DNA of 52,023 bases. Source: a virus. Its lineage: Duplodnaviria > Caudoviricetes. Positions 16,869 through 27,500 of this stretch are shown one piece after another. A model generated the notes under the pieces. It was not told where the DNA came from. It was given only the letters and a program-made list of their open reading frames with translations, and searched no databases. Both the position numbers and the translations under genes were made by a program. The stretch spans positions 1 to 52,023 of the IMG/VR virus record IMGVR_UViG_3300038675_000398. One strand, written 5' to 3'. Within the stretch, counting starts at the first letter, position 1. Every line of letters starts with the position of its first letter.

Positions 16869-18918
16869 GATCCGTTACACGAAACTACTGGCTGACTACA
16901 ATCCCCTCACCGGGGAAGGCGCTCCATTGGAGCGTAAGCCATTGGTTATTGAGGATCATCCTTTACAAACCCAACTTGTTCCAAAAGAGATGTTTAGTAA
17001 CCGCCTGGTCAGGTCGCTGGCTAAAGCAAAGAGTATTGAGCGCTTTGTTACAAGGGATCTAAAACAAAACTTTAGTGACGAAATGCTTGACCGGGTGGTT
17101 AAGGATCTGGCCATAGTTAGGAACCGTTACGATTTTTGCTATTGGGCCTATACCCTGGTAAAGATAAAACCCAAATTAGGTGGGGATGTTGTCCCCTTTA
17201 AGCTCAATTACCCACAACTTAAGATGCTTACCGAGCTGGAAGACCTTCGTCTGGCCGGAAAGCCCATCCGCATCATCCTACTTAAGGCAAGGCAGTGGGG
17301 TGGATCTACCCTGGTGCAGATCTACATGGCCTGGATCCAGATATGCCATAAAACGGCCTGGTATTCCACAATCATTGCGCAAACAAAGAATACGGCAGCC
17401 AGGATTATGGAAATGTATTCAAAACTGATTGCCAATTACCCGGCCTGGGCACTTGACCTGGAAGATGATAACGAGCTGCGTCTGGCCCAATATGGTAAAG
17501 CGGCGAACGACTTTATCATAAAAGACAAAAAGGGCAAAACGGTCCGGGACTCAGTTATTCAGATCGGATCCGTGGTGGAACCTGACAATATACGTGGGGG
17601 AGACTCGGCCATGGCGCATTATTCTGAGGTGGGTGTATGGAAAGACACCCCTGGCCGGAGACCGGAAGACTTAATTAAATCCGTATCGGGTGGCATCCTG
17701 AACATTCCTTACACCCTGGAGGTGATGGAAAGTACGGCAAAAGGGACCGGCAACTATTTTCATAGGGAGTGGAGCAGGGCAAAAGAGGGCATGAGTGATA
17801 AAACCCCGGTATTCATTCCCTGGTATTACATTTTCAATGATACCATGCCGGTAAAAGATTCTGTGGATTTCGCAAAATGGCTGTTGCACTGTAAGGAGAT
17901 AGGAGATAACAGCCCTGCAGGATACCCTGATAGCGGAAGGTATTACTGGTGGCTTTGGGAGCAGGGGGCAACCTTTGAAGGTATTAGCTGGTATAGAGAA
18001 AAACGTAAGGCTTATGACAGCCATGCGGATATGGCATCTGAAGCTCCATCTGACGACATAGAGGCATTCCAGCACTCCGGTAGCCTTGTGTTTGATCCTT
18101 ACGATATCAATGAATTGCGCAAGGACTGCATAGAGCCGGCTTTCGTTGGTGATATATATGCAGACGTGGTAAGTGGCCGGGATTGTCTAGAAAATATAAG
18201 AGTCAAAGAGGATCTTGCCGGGGGAAAGCTAAAGATCTGGTCCATGCCGGAAAAAGACCTGGATATTGCCAGGCGGTATTTGGTGGTGGTAGATATCGGG
18301 GGAAGAAGAACAAAGGCGGACTATTCCGTGATAACCGTATTTGATCGCTTTTTAATGATAATGGGCGGCAAGCCGGAGGTGGTGGCACAATGGAGAGGCC
18401 ATATAGACCATGACTTATTAGCATGGAAAGCCACGCAAATATCTGCCTTTTACAATAACGCATTGCTGGTTATTGAATCCAACACCCTAGAGACAAAAGA
18501 CCAGGAAAGGGATGTTGACGGTGATCAATCCGGGTATATCCTTGATTTGATTGCAGAGGTGTACGACAATCTATATGCCCGGGAAGTTACCGGAGACGTT
18601 ATTAATCAGCCCAAGGTTACCAAGTGGGGCTTCCATACCAATACGGCCACAAAACCGGCCATTATCGGACACATGGTTTCTTGTGTGCGAGACAAGAGCT
18701 GGGTAGAAAGGGAGCAGGAGGCTTGCAACGAAATGGCCTTTTATGAGAAAAACGAAAAGGGTGTCTTTGCTGCCATTCCCGGAAAGAAAGATGATAATGT
18801 TATGACCAGGGCCATTGGCCTGTGGATCTGCTTCAGGGTTATGGAAATGCCGGCTTACGTTACAGCTGGAAAATATAAACGTATGGAGCGTAAAATACAA
18901 TCTGAAGCCACAATTTAA
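16837..18918 (+). CDS. terminase large subunit
   Basis: Start probably MTIEGL at 16837. ATPase motifs LKARQWGGST, HYSEVG, ESTAKG; RNase H-like nuclease VVVDIGG...DYS...IESN...DDNVM. Confidence 0.9.
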   Translation: MTIEGLVKENKIRYTKLLADYNPLTGEGAPLERKPLVIEDHPLQTQLVPKEMFSNRLVRSLAKAKSIERFVTRDLKQNFSDEMLDRVVKDLAIVRNRYDFCYWAYTLVKIKPKLGGDVVPFKLNYPQLKMLTELEDLRLAGKPIRIILLKARQWGGSTLVQIYMAWIQICHKTAWYSTIIAQTKNTAARIMEMYSKLIANYPAWALDLEDDNELRLAQYGKAANDFIIKDKKGKTVRDSVIQIGSVVEPDNIRGGDSAMAHYSEVGVWKDTPGRRPEDLIKSVSGGILNIPYTLEVMESTAKGTGNYFHREWSRAKEGMSDKTPVFIPWYYIFNDTMPVKDSVDFAKWLLHCKEIGDNSPAGYPDSGRYYWWLWEQGATFEGISWYREKRKAYDSHADMASEAPSDDIEAFQHSGSLVFDPYDINELRKDCIEPAFVGDIYADVVSGRDCLENIRVKEDLAGGKLKIWSMPEKDLDIARRYLVVVDIGGRRTKADYSVITVFDRFLMIMGGKPEVVAQWRGHIDHDLLAWKATQISAFYNNALLVIESNTLETKDQERDVDGDQSGYILDLIAEVYDNLYAREVTGDVINQPKVTKWGFHTNTATKPAIIGHMVSCVRDKSWVEREQEACNEMAFYEKNEKGVFAAIPGKKDDNVMTRAIGLWICFRVMEMPAYVTAGKYKRMERKIQSEATI

Positions 18919-18922
18919 TGAA

Positions 18923-19216
18923 ATGAATATGAGCACAAACTATTCAATGATCACCATGGTGCCTCTCCATAAAAGAATGGAGCCGGCAAAGCATGTAAAC
19001 AACAACGGAGCCTATTCTCCAGGATGGAATCCCAGGGTATTCTACCAAAAGAGCATGACCTATTATACGATCCAGGGATATGGCGATATCCGGTTTGTCT
19101 TTATTGAATCATACCGGGACCGGTTGCTGCACTTGACCGTATATAGGATGCTGTCACAAACCGGAGTAGTTGTTCACGTAAACTGCATGGACGTAACACC
19201 ACACATAAACTTATAA
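18923..19216 (+). CDS. hypothetical protein
   Basis: Start moved to MNMSTNYS just after the terminase stop; about 97 aa; fills the gap to 19221. Confidence 0.45.
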   Translation: MNMSTNYSMITMVPLHKRMEPAKHVNNNGAYSPGWNPRVFYQKSMTYYTIQGYGDIRFVFIESYRDRLLHLTVYRMLSQTGVVVHVNCMDVTPHINL

Positions 19217-19220
19217 TATT

Positions 19221-19574
19221 ATGAAAAAACTCTACAAAAGGATAGCAAAATACTTTGTTATCCTGTACGCCAATCGCATTTATCGGAACCGTGTCAAACT
19301 TGCCGATAAGCTTCATGCTAAAAATCGTACCAGGTACTATGTAGCCCTGGACTATTCAAACTCCAAAAATCTATTGGTAATGAACAGAAAAGGGTTCCGC
19401 AACCTGAAACGTATATTTCAGATCTACGATCCTGCCCAGGGAACACTAAAGTTAAAAGAAGGGGCGTTCTATTTCACTCCCGATGCAAAAGGAAACGGCC
19501 CACTCCTTCCGGTTGAGAAAGAAGCACGCCGTTTGGCCTTTGTGAAATACATGCTGGATCGGTCCCGGCTTTAG
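19221..19574 (+). CDS. basic hypothetical protein
   Basis: 117 aa, K/R-rich, A-rich start context; stop overlaps the portal stop convergently. Confidence 0.65.
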   Translation: MKKLYKRIAKYFVILYANRIYRNRVKLADKLHAKNRTRYYVALDYSNSKNLLVMNRKGFRNLKRIFQIYDPAQGTLKLKEGAFYFTPDAKGNGPLLPVEKEARRLAFVKYMLDRSRL

Positions 19575-21523
19575 GCTGCCAACATCTTCTGTGCTGCCTG
19601 GACGTTTTGTGGATTAGCTGCTTGCCCGGCTTGCTGTACGGCTCCCTGGTCCAGGGGCGCAATGCCTTGTTGTTGCTCTGCGTTTTCCCGGTTGGATTGC
19701 ATGCTTTGTAAAAGAGAATCCGCAAAGGGGAAGTCTCCATGTTCCAGCAACATTTCCAGGGTGATGGCTCCGGCTTTCCAGAACTCAAGCAGCATATCAT
19801 TAGCTATCATGCGGTGTACCGGCGTGGATGCACTTTCCTTGATTGAAAGGTCAAATTCTATATCCCTGGCCTTTTCCGGATCGTATTCAATGATGTTGGT
19901 ATAGGTGGCACCTGATATGTTAATGATTCGTTTATCATCATAATACTGCTGTATAAGCTTCGTTTTCTTTACGGCAATATCTTCCACGAAGGAGCTGAAA
20001 CGGAGCAATAGGGATGATAATGCGGCTGTGCTGTTGGCTGCCTGTTGGCTATAAAGCGCTGCAGAAGTGCCGGAATAGGGCTGCTTGCCCTGCATGGCGC
20101 TATGGACAGACGATATGTCTTCCATCAGGCTTATCTGCAGTTGTACCATGTCTGCGGTATTCAAGGATACGGAGGAACTGTAAAACTGTTTCGGCTCTGG
20201 CACTCCCGGTTTGGGTTTATAAACAATCAAACCATCCACCGAGGACCATTGCTCGGCAAACTCTTCAGGGCTCATGCCGTTTGGGATGCTTCCTTCTGGA
20301 ACCAGGGTTACCCCTTTCGCTCCTGTACGGCGCACAAAATCATCAATGGTAATTAGCCTGTTGATATACCTTTGCTGATCAATAAAGTCCGCTACAAAAG
20401 AGTGTATTTCTCCATCCACAAAAGGATATAGGGACAATACATAGGGATGCGATTCGTGATAGAATGGCGTTTCCCCTTCCAGTAACACGTCTCCCCAGGG
20501 TGTAAGGTATTGGAAAAACCAATAATAGTCTATGACGTATTCATACCGGATCAATGGCACCTCTTCTTCGGGTATTCCGTATTCCTTTGCCATTTTCAAA
20601 CGTGCCTGGTTTTCGGCCTCCACTCCCTTCAGCTCCTCTAATTCTATGCGGTATAGTTCTCCGGTTTCCGGATCGTGGCACCGATACCTGGGCTTTATTT
20701 CTTTGGTCCAAACCTCATAAACCCGGCATAAGCTTTCATCCTGCGGTGAGTAAAAACTCATGCGTCCTTCATCGTGCCGGGTGGTAATATCTTCCACATT
20801 GGCCCCTTTGTCATTAGCCTGGTGCTTATAGATCTCGTATAGCTTCTGGAATGAATCTTCGCTGGTTGAAAACTTGTGGCATAGCTCGTTAAAGGTAAGG
20901 TCATGTATCTGGCCGATCAATGATACATCCCAAAACCGGGGATCATTCATTGTGGAATCAAAAAACATATAATTGGGGTTAGGGATAGTTGTAAATATAT
21001 CTTTCCTTCCGTTACGTACATCTACAGATTCCCGGCAGAATATACCTCCACCGATTAAATAATCCTCAATAAGCAAAGACAAAAGCACTGGCATTTTGTT
21101 TATTTGCCAATTACATTGCAGGGTAGTGGTCATCATCTCTCCCAGGCGTTGTTCATCCCGGTCCCTGGCTTTAGCCGTTGGCTCGGTCTCGGACTTGGTG
21201 TAAAGGCCGGTAACATTGTTTACCAACCTACGGATAAGGTTATTTTTAAGCGGCACATTCCCCTGAGATTTAATGTAATCCGCCTCAGTCATGGTTATTC
21301 CTTTGTGCGTAATGAAATCGCCCCATTGGTCCCCATATACATACCTTTTGCATCGGGCCCTTTCTTGTCTGAATGCGTACAAATTTTCCCAAAGGGTTGA
21401 ACATTTCTCCACTAAGGCCACGTTCTTTTTATCTCCCCCGAACTGATAATGGCGCTGCTTTACGGAATCAATGGGATTTTCCTTTCCGTACAATTTTGAC
21501 AACGGTGTTATTTTCTTTGACAT
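19571..21523 (-). CDS. portal protein (P22-like)
   Basis: 650 aa; RCKRYVYGDQW, LKNNLIRRLVNNVTG, DQQRYINRL, SGTSAALYSQQ and a Gln-rich C-terminus, typical of P22-type portals. Confidence 0.85.
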   Translation of the reverse strand: MSKKITPLSKLYGKENPIDSVKQRHYQFGGDKKNVALVEKCSTLWENLYAFRQERARCKRYVYGDQWGDFITHKGITMTEADYIKSQGNVPLKNNLIRRLVNNVTGLYTKSETEPTAKARDRDEQRLGEMMTTTLQCNWQINKMPVLLSLLIEDYLIGGGIFCRESVDVRNGRKDIFTTIPNPNYMFFDSTMNDPRFWDVSLIGQIHDLTFNELCHKFSTSEDSFQKLYEIYKHQANDKGANVEDITTRHDEGRMSFYSPQDESLCRVYEVWTKEIKPRYRCHDPETGELYRIELEELKGVEAENQARLKMAKEYGIPEEEVPLIRYEYVIDYYWFFQYLTPWGDVLLEGETPFYHESHPYVLSLYPFVDGEIHSFVADFIDQQRYINRLITIDDFVRRTGAKGVTLVPEGSIPNGMSPEEFAEQWSSVDGLIVYKPKPGVPEPKQFYSSSVSLNTADMVQLQISLMEDISSVHSAMQGKQPYSGTSAALYSQQAANSTAALSSLLLRFSSFVEDIAVKKTKLIQQYYDDKRIINISGATYTNIIEYDPEKARDIEFDLSIKESASTPVHRMIANDMLLEFWKAGAITLEMLLEHGDFPFADSLLQSMQSNRENAEQQQGIAPLDQGAVQQAGQAANPQNVQAAQKMLAA

Positions 21524-21527
21524 AATG

Positions 21528-21570
21528 CAAATATCTTTCCTTTTACTATTGTGCTGTTTCCAAATATTCT
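21528..21570 (-). promoter_or_regulatory. degenerate late promoter upstream of portal
   Basis: Minus strand AGAATATTTGGAA, 22 nt, GATATTTG; 10/13 match to the box at 15907 and 43341 with identical spacing. Confidence 0.45.
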
Positions 21571-24550
21571 TAATCTCGCTTCATAAGTTCATCCACCAGG
21601 CGGCCTTTGAGCCGGTTGTAATAGGCATTCAGATCACGTTTCGTTTCATCATCCGGAGCCTCTTTCAGTTCTTTTTCCACATTCTTCACTTCGTCCAGGT
21701 ATTCTTCAAAAACAAGATACCTCTTATATCTGTCCTTATCCTCAAGACTGCGTTGTTGCTTGCTATATTTTTCCGGATCTTGTCCGTATTTAATAACAGA
21801 TTGTCTTACTTTATCGTACTCTTCCTTGTAGTAGTAGTACATATCATTGATAAAGCTATTGGACGTTCTTTCATCGTTATGCTGCAACAATACATTGGCC
21901 AGGGGTACGTTTCGCAAGATCCGCTGATCAGGATCCCATATCATGGACAGGGTTTTTGCTGCTTCATTGGCCGTTGTCAGCGCACCCCCGAAATACCCCT
22001 CAAAGATATGTTCCCACTTGGCCGGGTTGTTCACATCGGCAATAGTAATATTGTTTTCTACCCATCCTTTGGTAACATCATCGCCACCACCAATACGGTT
22101 AATCAATTCGGAAGCACGTACCAGGGCTTTGTTGGTCCCGGCATAAGCTTTTGTAAAGGCAGGATAATAGCGGTTGAAGCTATTGTTTTTGAATATAGGT
22201 CTGCCAGTAAAATCTTCGTTGATCAGGTTTTCAAATAGGGGTGCAACAATATCAGGAACAAGGTTTGCTACACCGGCATTATTACCCACCGGATCCACCG
22301 GCATGACATCCGTTAGCTGCCCCAGGATCTCCCCGGCAATGTTTTTGTTTTTCATCCGACCGGCAGAGGCCATATATGCAATATCTCCAATTCCGTATAT
22401 GGCTCTTAGTTCAATCGGTAATGGAATTGTGACATAAAAGCCATTGCCCCCAACGACCATATTATTACGTCTGATCCATTCGGGCATATCCAGGTATTCT
22501 TCTGGATCGCCACCAAGCGCCATGGCAATTAGCTGGTTGAAGAACGGTATCAATGCACCTGCGGCCAACATAGAAGCGGTGCCAATAGTGAATTTCTTGG
22601 GATTCTTTTTGGATATATTGACAAAGTTGTCCAATCCCTGTATCCCTGCATTATAGAACAGATATGCGGTTCTCAGGGTGCTGGCTCCATAGCCTTGCCC
22701 AGATCCTTTTTTATTAAAGTTTACTGATACGTTCTTAGCATCGGCAATGGATTCTTCCACACTTCTACCCATTTGCCGGCTTGTTGTAAATGCCGTAAAC
22801 CGGCAAATATCCTCTACGCACCTATTGGCAAATCCTATCTGATCAAACATATACCTCAAAGCTTTCTTAAGTGTAACGACCTTGCCCCCTTTGGCTTGCA
22901 ACATAAGGTCGCTCATTATTCGCTTGTATTCATCAACCCTCTTCAGAACGGTATATCCGGTTTCTCCTCCATTGGCAAGAAATTCCTGCATATACATACC
23001 TTCCTGGTTTGTTACGTCAAGCTTGTTTTGTGAGTAATCGCGCATTAGTTTCCAGATGCTGACATAACTACGTGCCAGGTTTGCCCTGAATCTGCGGTTG
23101 TACGCCTTATCCTCCTTGACGTATATATTAAACAAGCTATATATGGTATCCCTGGAGAGGTTACGCAACATAAATTTTGGGGAACGTGTTGTGTAGTTGG
23201 CTGCCAGCCACCGGTTAGCCCTCATGATCTTTTTTCGTATGTCCGATACATCGGGATTAGTCAGTCCATTGATTGCCTGTGCCGCCCTTGGGTTCCCATT
23301 TATAAATATGACATACTCCTTGCCGGCAGATTTTACAATAACGGAGTGCTCCTGGGCTTGCTTCCCTAGTGTTCGGTAGGGAATGTTCAGCCCCTTCATG
23401 GTCTTTTTAGCCATGCCTATCCCCGATAAATCAGCCATGCGCTGCTCAAAGGTCTCATACGCCTGGTTCACTTCCATAGCACTTGCCCCAGGTTCAATAT
23501 CCGGCATAGCCTGTATCCAATCGGGATTTTCTTCGGTCCCTTTGTTCTCATACCACATTTCTCTGACGGAGATCAGGTTGCTTTCATGGTTCAGGGCCAT
23601 GTTCAGGAATTTTTGCTTCATCCAGTTATTATTGCCCTGCTGGATAGCGCTTTCAGCCATTGTCCCTATGGTCGCAAATGGGTCATCTGCCATGGATTTA
23701 CGTCCTCTGGCCGTCAACACCGGGGGAGAAAATGACGATCTGTCAAATTGCAGGTATTCGTAAACATCATCAGCCGTTGTCTCTGAAAAGCCACGTAAGG
23801 GGATGTAATAATCGTACATATCCCTTATGTTTTCATATACGGACCTGGTAAGGATCCCGGTTTCATAGGTCTTATGCAGACTTTTTTTGGTAGCTGCATT
23901 AACCCTGGACCAAAATTCTCGCACTTCATCCATGGCCGCTTCTTCCACCTGGTCCACCAGCTCTTGTGCCATAGCTTCAGCCAGTGCTACATCGGGCAAT
24001 TCTTCCATACTTTCAGACGAAGGGAATAGCGCAGTAAGTCCGGAATAGTCCCTGCCTCTGTAATATTCTACAGTTTCGTCATATTTCGCTTCCAGGCGTT
24101 TGATTTCTTTATCGTACTTGGCTTGGTCTATTAATTCCTGGGCCAGTTTCTTGTCCAGCTCCGCTTTCCATTTTGCGTGCATCTTTTCTGCATCCCTTTC
24201 GGCTAGCTTTATATTCCGCTCCAGGCCATGTTTCGCCATTGCGTAAGTAACAACACTTTGGTATTCTCCATCAAGCTTATCCGCCAAAGAACGTATGGCT
24301 TTTGACATTGGCTCATAGTAATTGGCCATGAAATGCTCCTTCTCGTAAAGATTCTTGCTGCTAATATGGTTCTCGGCTAGATACGCATCTTCAAAAGTCT
24401 GTATTTCTTTTCTGGAAGCCTTTGCCACTTCTTCCTGCAGGATCTTCAAAGACAACATGGAATCCTGGTGTGCTTCCCGGATCTTGTTCATTGTTTCATT
24501 CAGCCTGGCATCATAGGCGTTATTGGCAAATTGTTCCACCTTGTCCTGGG
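21570..24550 (-). other. C-terminal LPD38-like region of the giant protein
   Basis: VNFNKKGSG, LFYNAGIQG, PEWIRRNN, IPLPIELRAIYGIG, NEDFTGRPI, NPAKWEHIFEGYFGG; boundaries approximate. Confidence 0.55.
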
Positions 24551-27500
24551 CAGCGTTCTTGTTGCTGCGGTAGCGTGTATCATTATCGCTATTCAGGCCA
24601 ACACGTCTTCTGATCTGTGCGTCCCGGGCAGCGTCAAACACACCTCCCGGCCCACTTGGATCCGTCAATCGGTCATAACTCCTTTGCAGGATGTAACGCA
24701 AATCTGCATCTGTCAGAACGCTGTCCATTTTAATACCGGCCCTGCGGAGCATATCCATAAAGTAGTTCTTTATCTTTCTCCAAAGGCTTTCGTTCTGATC
24801 GTAATCGGTGCTCTCGGCTAGGGTTGCTAGATATTCTTCGGCAGCTAGCCTTGTATCCCATCCGTTTTTGGCAATTAACTTGTTGATCTCGGCACGCACC
24901 TCTTTACCGGCACTTTGATATACATTGTCCAGGAAACGGTCAAAGTCGGATCCAAAAAGGTTTCTCAGCCCCTTGTGCGCAACTGCCTCATGGAGTAGGG
25001 TGGCAATAGCATCGTCAGCCGTTTTGTGGTTGTCCAGCACAATGGTAATATTGCCGGTTCTTGGTTCATAAAAACCTTTTGCCCTCTTTTGCTTTTCGTT
25101 CTTAAGATCTGCCCGGTTGACAATATTTACTTTTATGTTAAGTTTGTCAACCATGGATTCAAGCCTGTCCCGGGCAATGATCCGTTCCCTCATTGGGGAC
25201 TTCATGAAAGGACGGAACAAGGGCATGCCCCCCGGTACTGATTCTTTCATGGTGTAAGTAACGGGCAATGATTGGACAGTAAAGGTTTGTCCGGATGTGA
25301 TCTTTTTAAGATTGCTGGGCTCTCCGTTTTCAAACAAGACTTCATACCCTGCGTCTTTCATATCCTTAACGTAATCCTCCAGGGCATAATCTCCTTCTTC
25401 GGCCTGGGACTCCATGAAGCGATCCTGGATCTCCTCGGCTTGTATTGATAGATCCAGATCCTCGGTTTGTTCATTATACGCCTCTTTAGCCACAAGCGGT
25501 AATTGTACTTCCTCAACCTTTGCTCCAAATGGTTTACCAAGCTTATTGGCTGCTTTTGGAACAATATTATCGTAAAAGGCTTTCATCCCTTCTCCACCGA
25601 CTTTCAGATCAACACCTCTTAATGTATAAAATTGTGGGTTTACTTTTGAATTTTTTGGCCAATTTAAATTAACTGTTTTATCGGCTCCTTCAATGAGCTT
25701 ATTTGCTAAATCTTTCCCTATTGTATCCTCCATTTCTTGAGGAGTTAAAGTTTTTCCGCTTCTTGCGTATGGCTCAATTTCATCACCTTTACTATCTTCA
25801 AGTATTAGTGAGTATCTTTGAACACCGTCCTTACTTAGTTGAAGTTTTATGGCGGATGCCATGCTTATCTGCTTACTCAAATCATACCTTTCCGCTTGCT
25901 GCTCCCCATTGGTCCAGGCAATCCTATCAAACCCATTCTCGGCTGCATAACGCATCATCCTACGGAGTGCCAGGTTCACCCATTGGCCGGTCTGCTTGAA
26001 TGGCATGTTAGGAACGCCATTCTTCTTTTTCCTTAATTCATACTCCCTATCAATAAGCTGATTTTCTTTTTCATCCAGTTCTTTCATTCTTGGATATTCA
26101 GCCTTTAGGTAGGATATTGTATATTCATTATATGGATCAACCTCTTTTATGTATGCTAATTTTTTATCTCTGATCTTAACCAGCTCGGCAAAAACAGAAT
26201 CGTATTCACTAGCATCACCCTTAAATCCTTTCTTCTTCCCTTCCTGCGCCCAATCTGATTGAATTTCCTCGATGAACAGCACACGTTCACCGTTCACTTC
26301 TCGTTCATTGAAGCGTACATGAGCAAGGATGTTAGGCTCATCGAAGTGCCCGGATTGGAATTTAGTACTGGAACCCCTTAATGCGTTTTCGGTTGCTATT
26401 TCTGCATTTGACCCTGTTGATACAACATTCCCATTTTTATCAAATACTTTATATAAATCACCGAGCTTGTCTAAAGTATATCCTTCTGGCAGTATTTTCC
26501 TTATCGGCATCATCAGCAACAGCTCCTGGTAGTTTTTCCCACCGGGGACGGTGTATTGGGAGTATTTGGGGGCTGGCATTCTTATACTTGCCAACTCAGA
26601 AATTAGATCATTGTTTTTGAATTTCTCTTCTGCTGATAACGGAAATCCATTGCTTATCCAATAAAAAATATCCTTGCCTGGAGCTTGAGCCACCCCAATT
26701 CCTCTATCGTTAAGTTTTTTAATTATTGGAGTTCCTCGTTCTTCCCTATTTATCTTCTCCTCCACCTCAATCTTATTCTGGTCAATCCAGTCCTGGATTT
26801 CAGTTTTAGTTACTGATTTCCCTGTGAATGCGCCATCATAGTCCATCCAATCCAATTCAGCCTGTTTCGCTCCGTTTTTGAGCAACATCGCCTTGAACTG
26901 TTCCGGTGTCCCCTTCTCCTGCTTGATCTTCTCCAGGGCATCCTCTACGGTGGAATAAAAGCCTGCCTGGTTCAGGCTGCGGTATCTAATCGGAGCCACT
27001 CCTAATTGTGCTTGCAGTACAATCTGATCCTCTCTGGCCACATCTTCGGTCTCTTGGATCAGGGTGCGCCTTGCTTCTTCCTCGCTCATACCCATACGTG
27101 TCTGAACGTTCCTGGCTTCCACCTCTCCAGCCGACCTTCTATACGCATCAAACTTATTTTTTGCCACGTGCTCAGGGTCGCTCAAGCTTATTGCTACACT
27201 TGAACCAGGAGCGAAATATTCAATTTGCTGGATTAGGTGTTGTATCTCGTGACCTATTACGCTTAGGACGTCATCGGCGTGTGCCTCTAACGTATCTGAC
27301 GCATCAAGTTTTTCGCCTTCTTTAGAGGACTTGGCCCAGGGATACTCAATATAAATTCCTACGTACCCATCATGGTATATTGACGTTACCCCTTTCATAA
27401 ACCTTCGGAAATTATCTCTAAATTCATCGGTGTACTCGGGGACCATTTTATCATGATTTATAGCTATGGGTATTCCCCTTAGCTCTGGATATGCCTTAAA

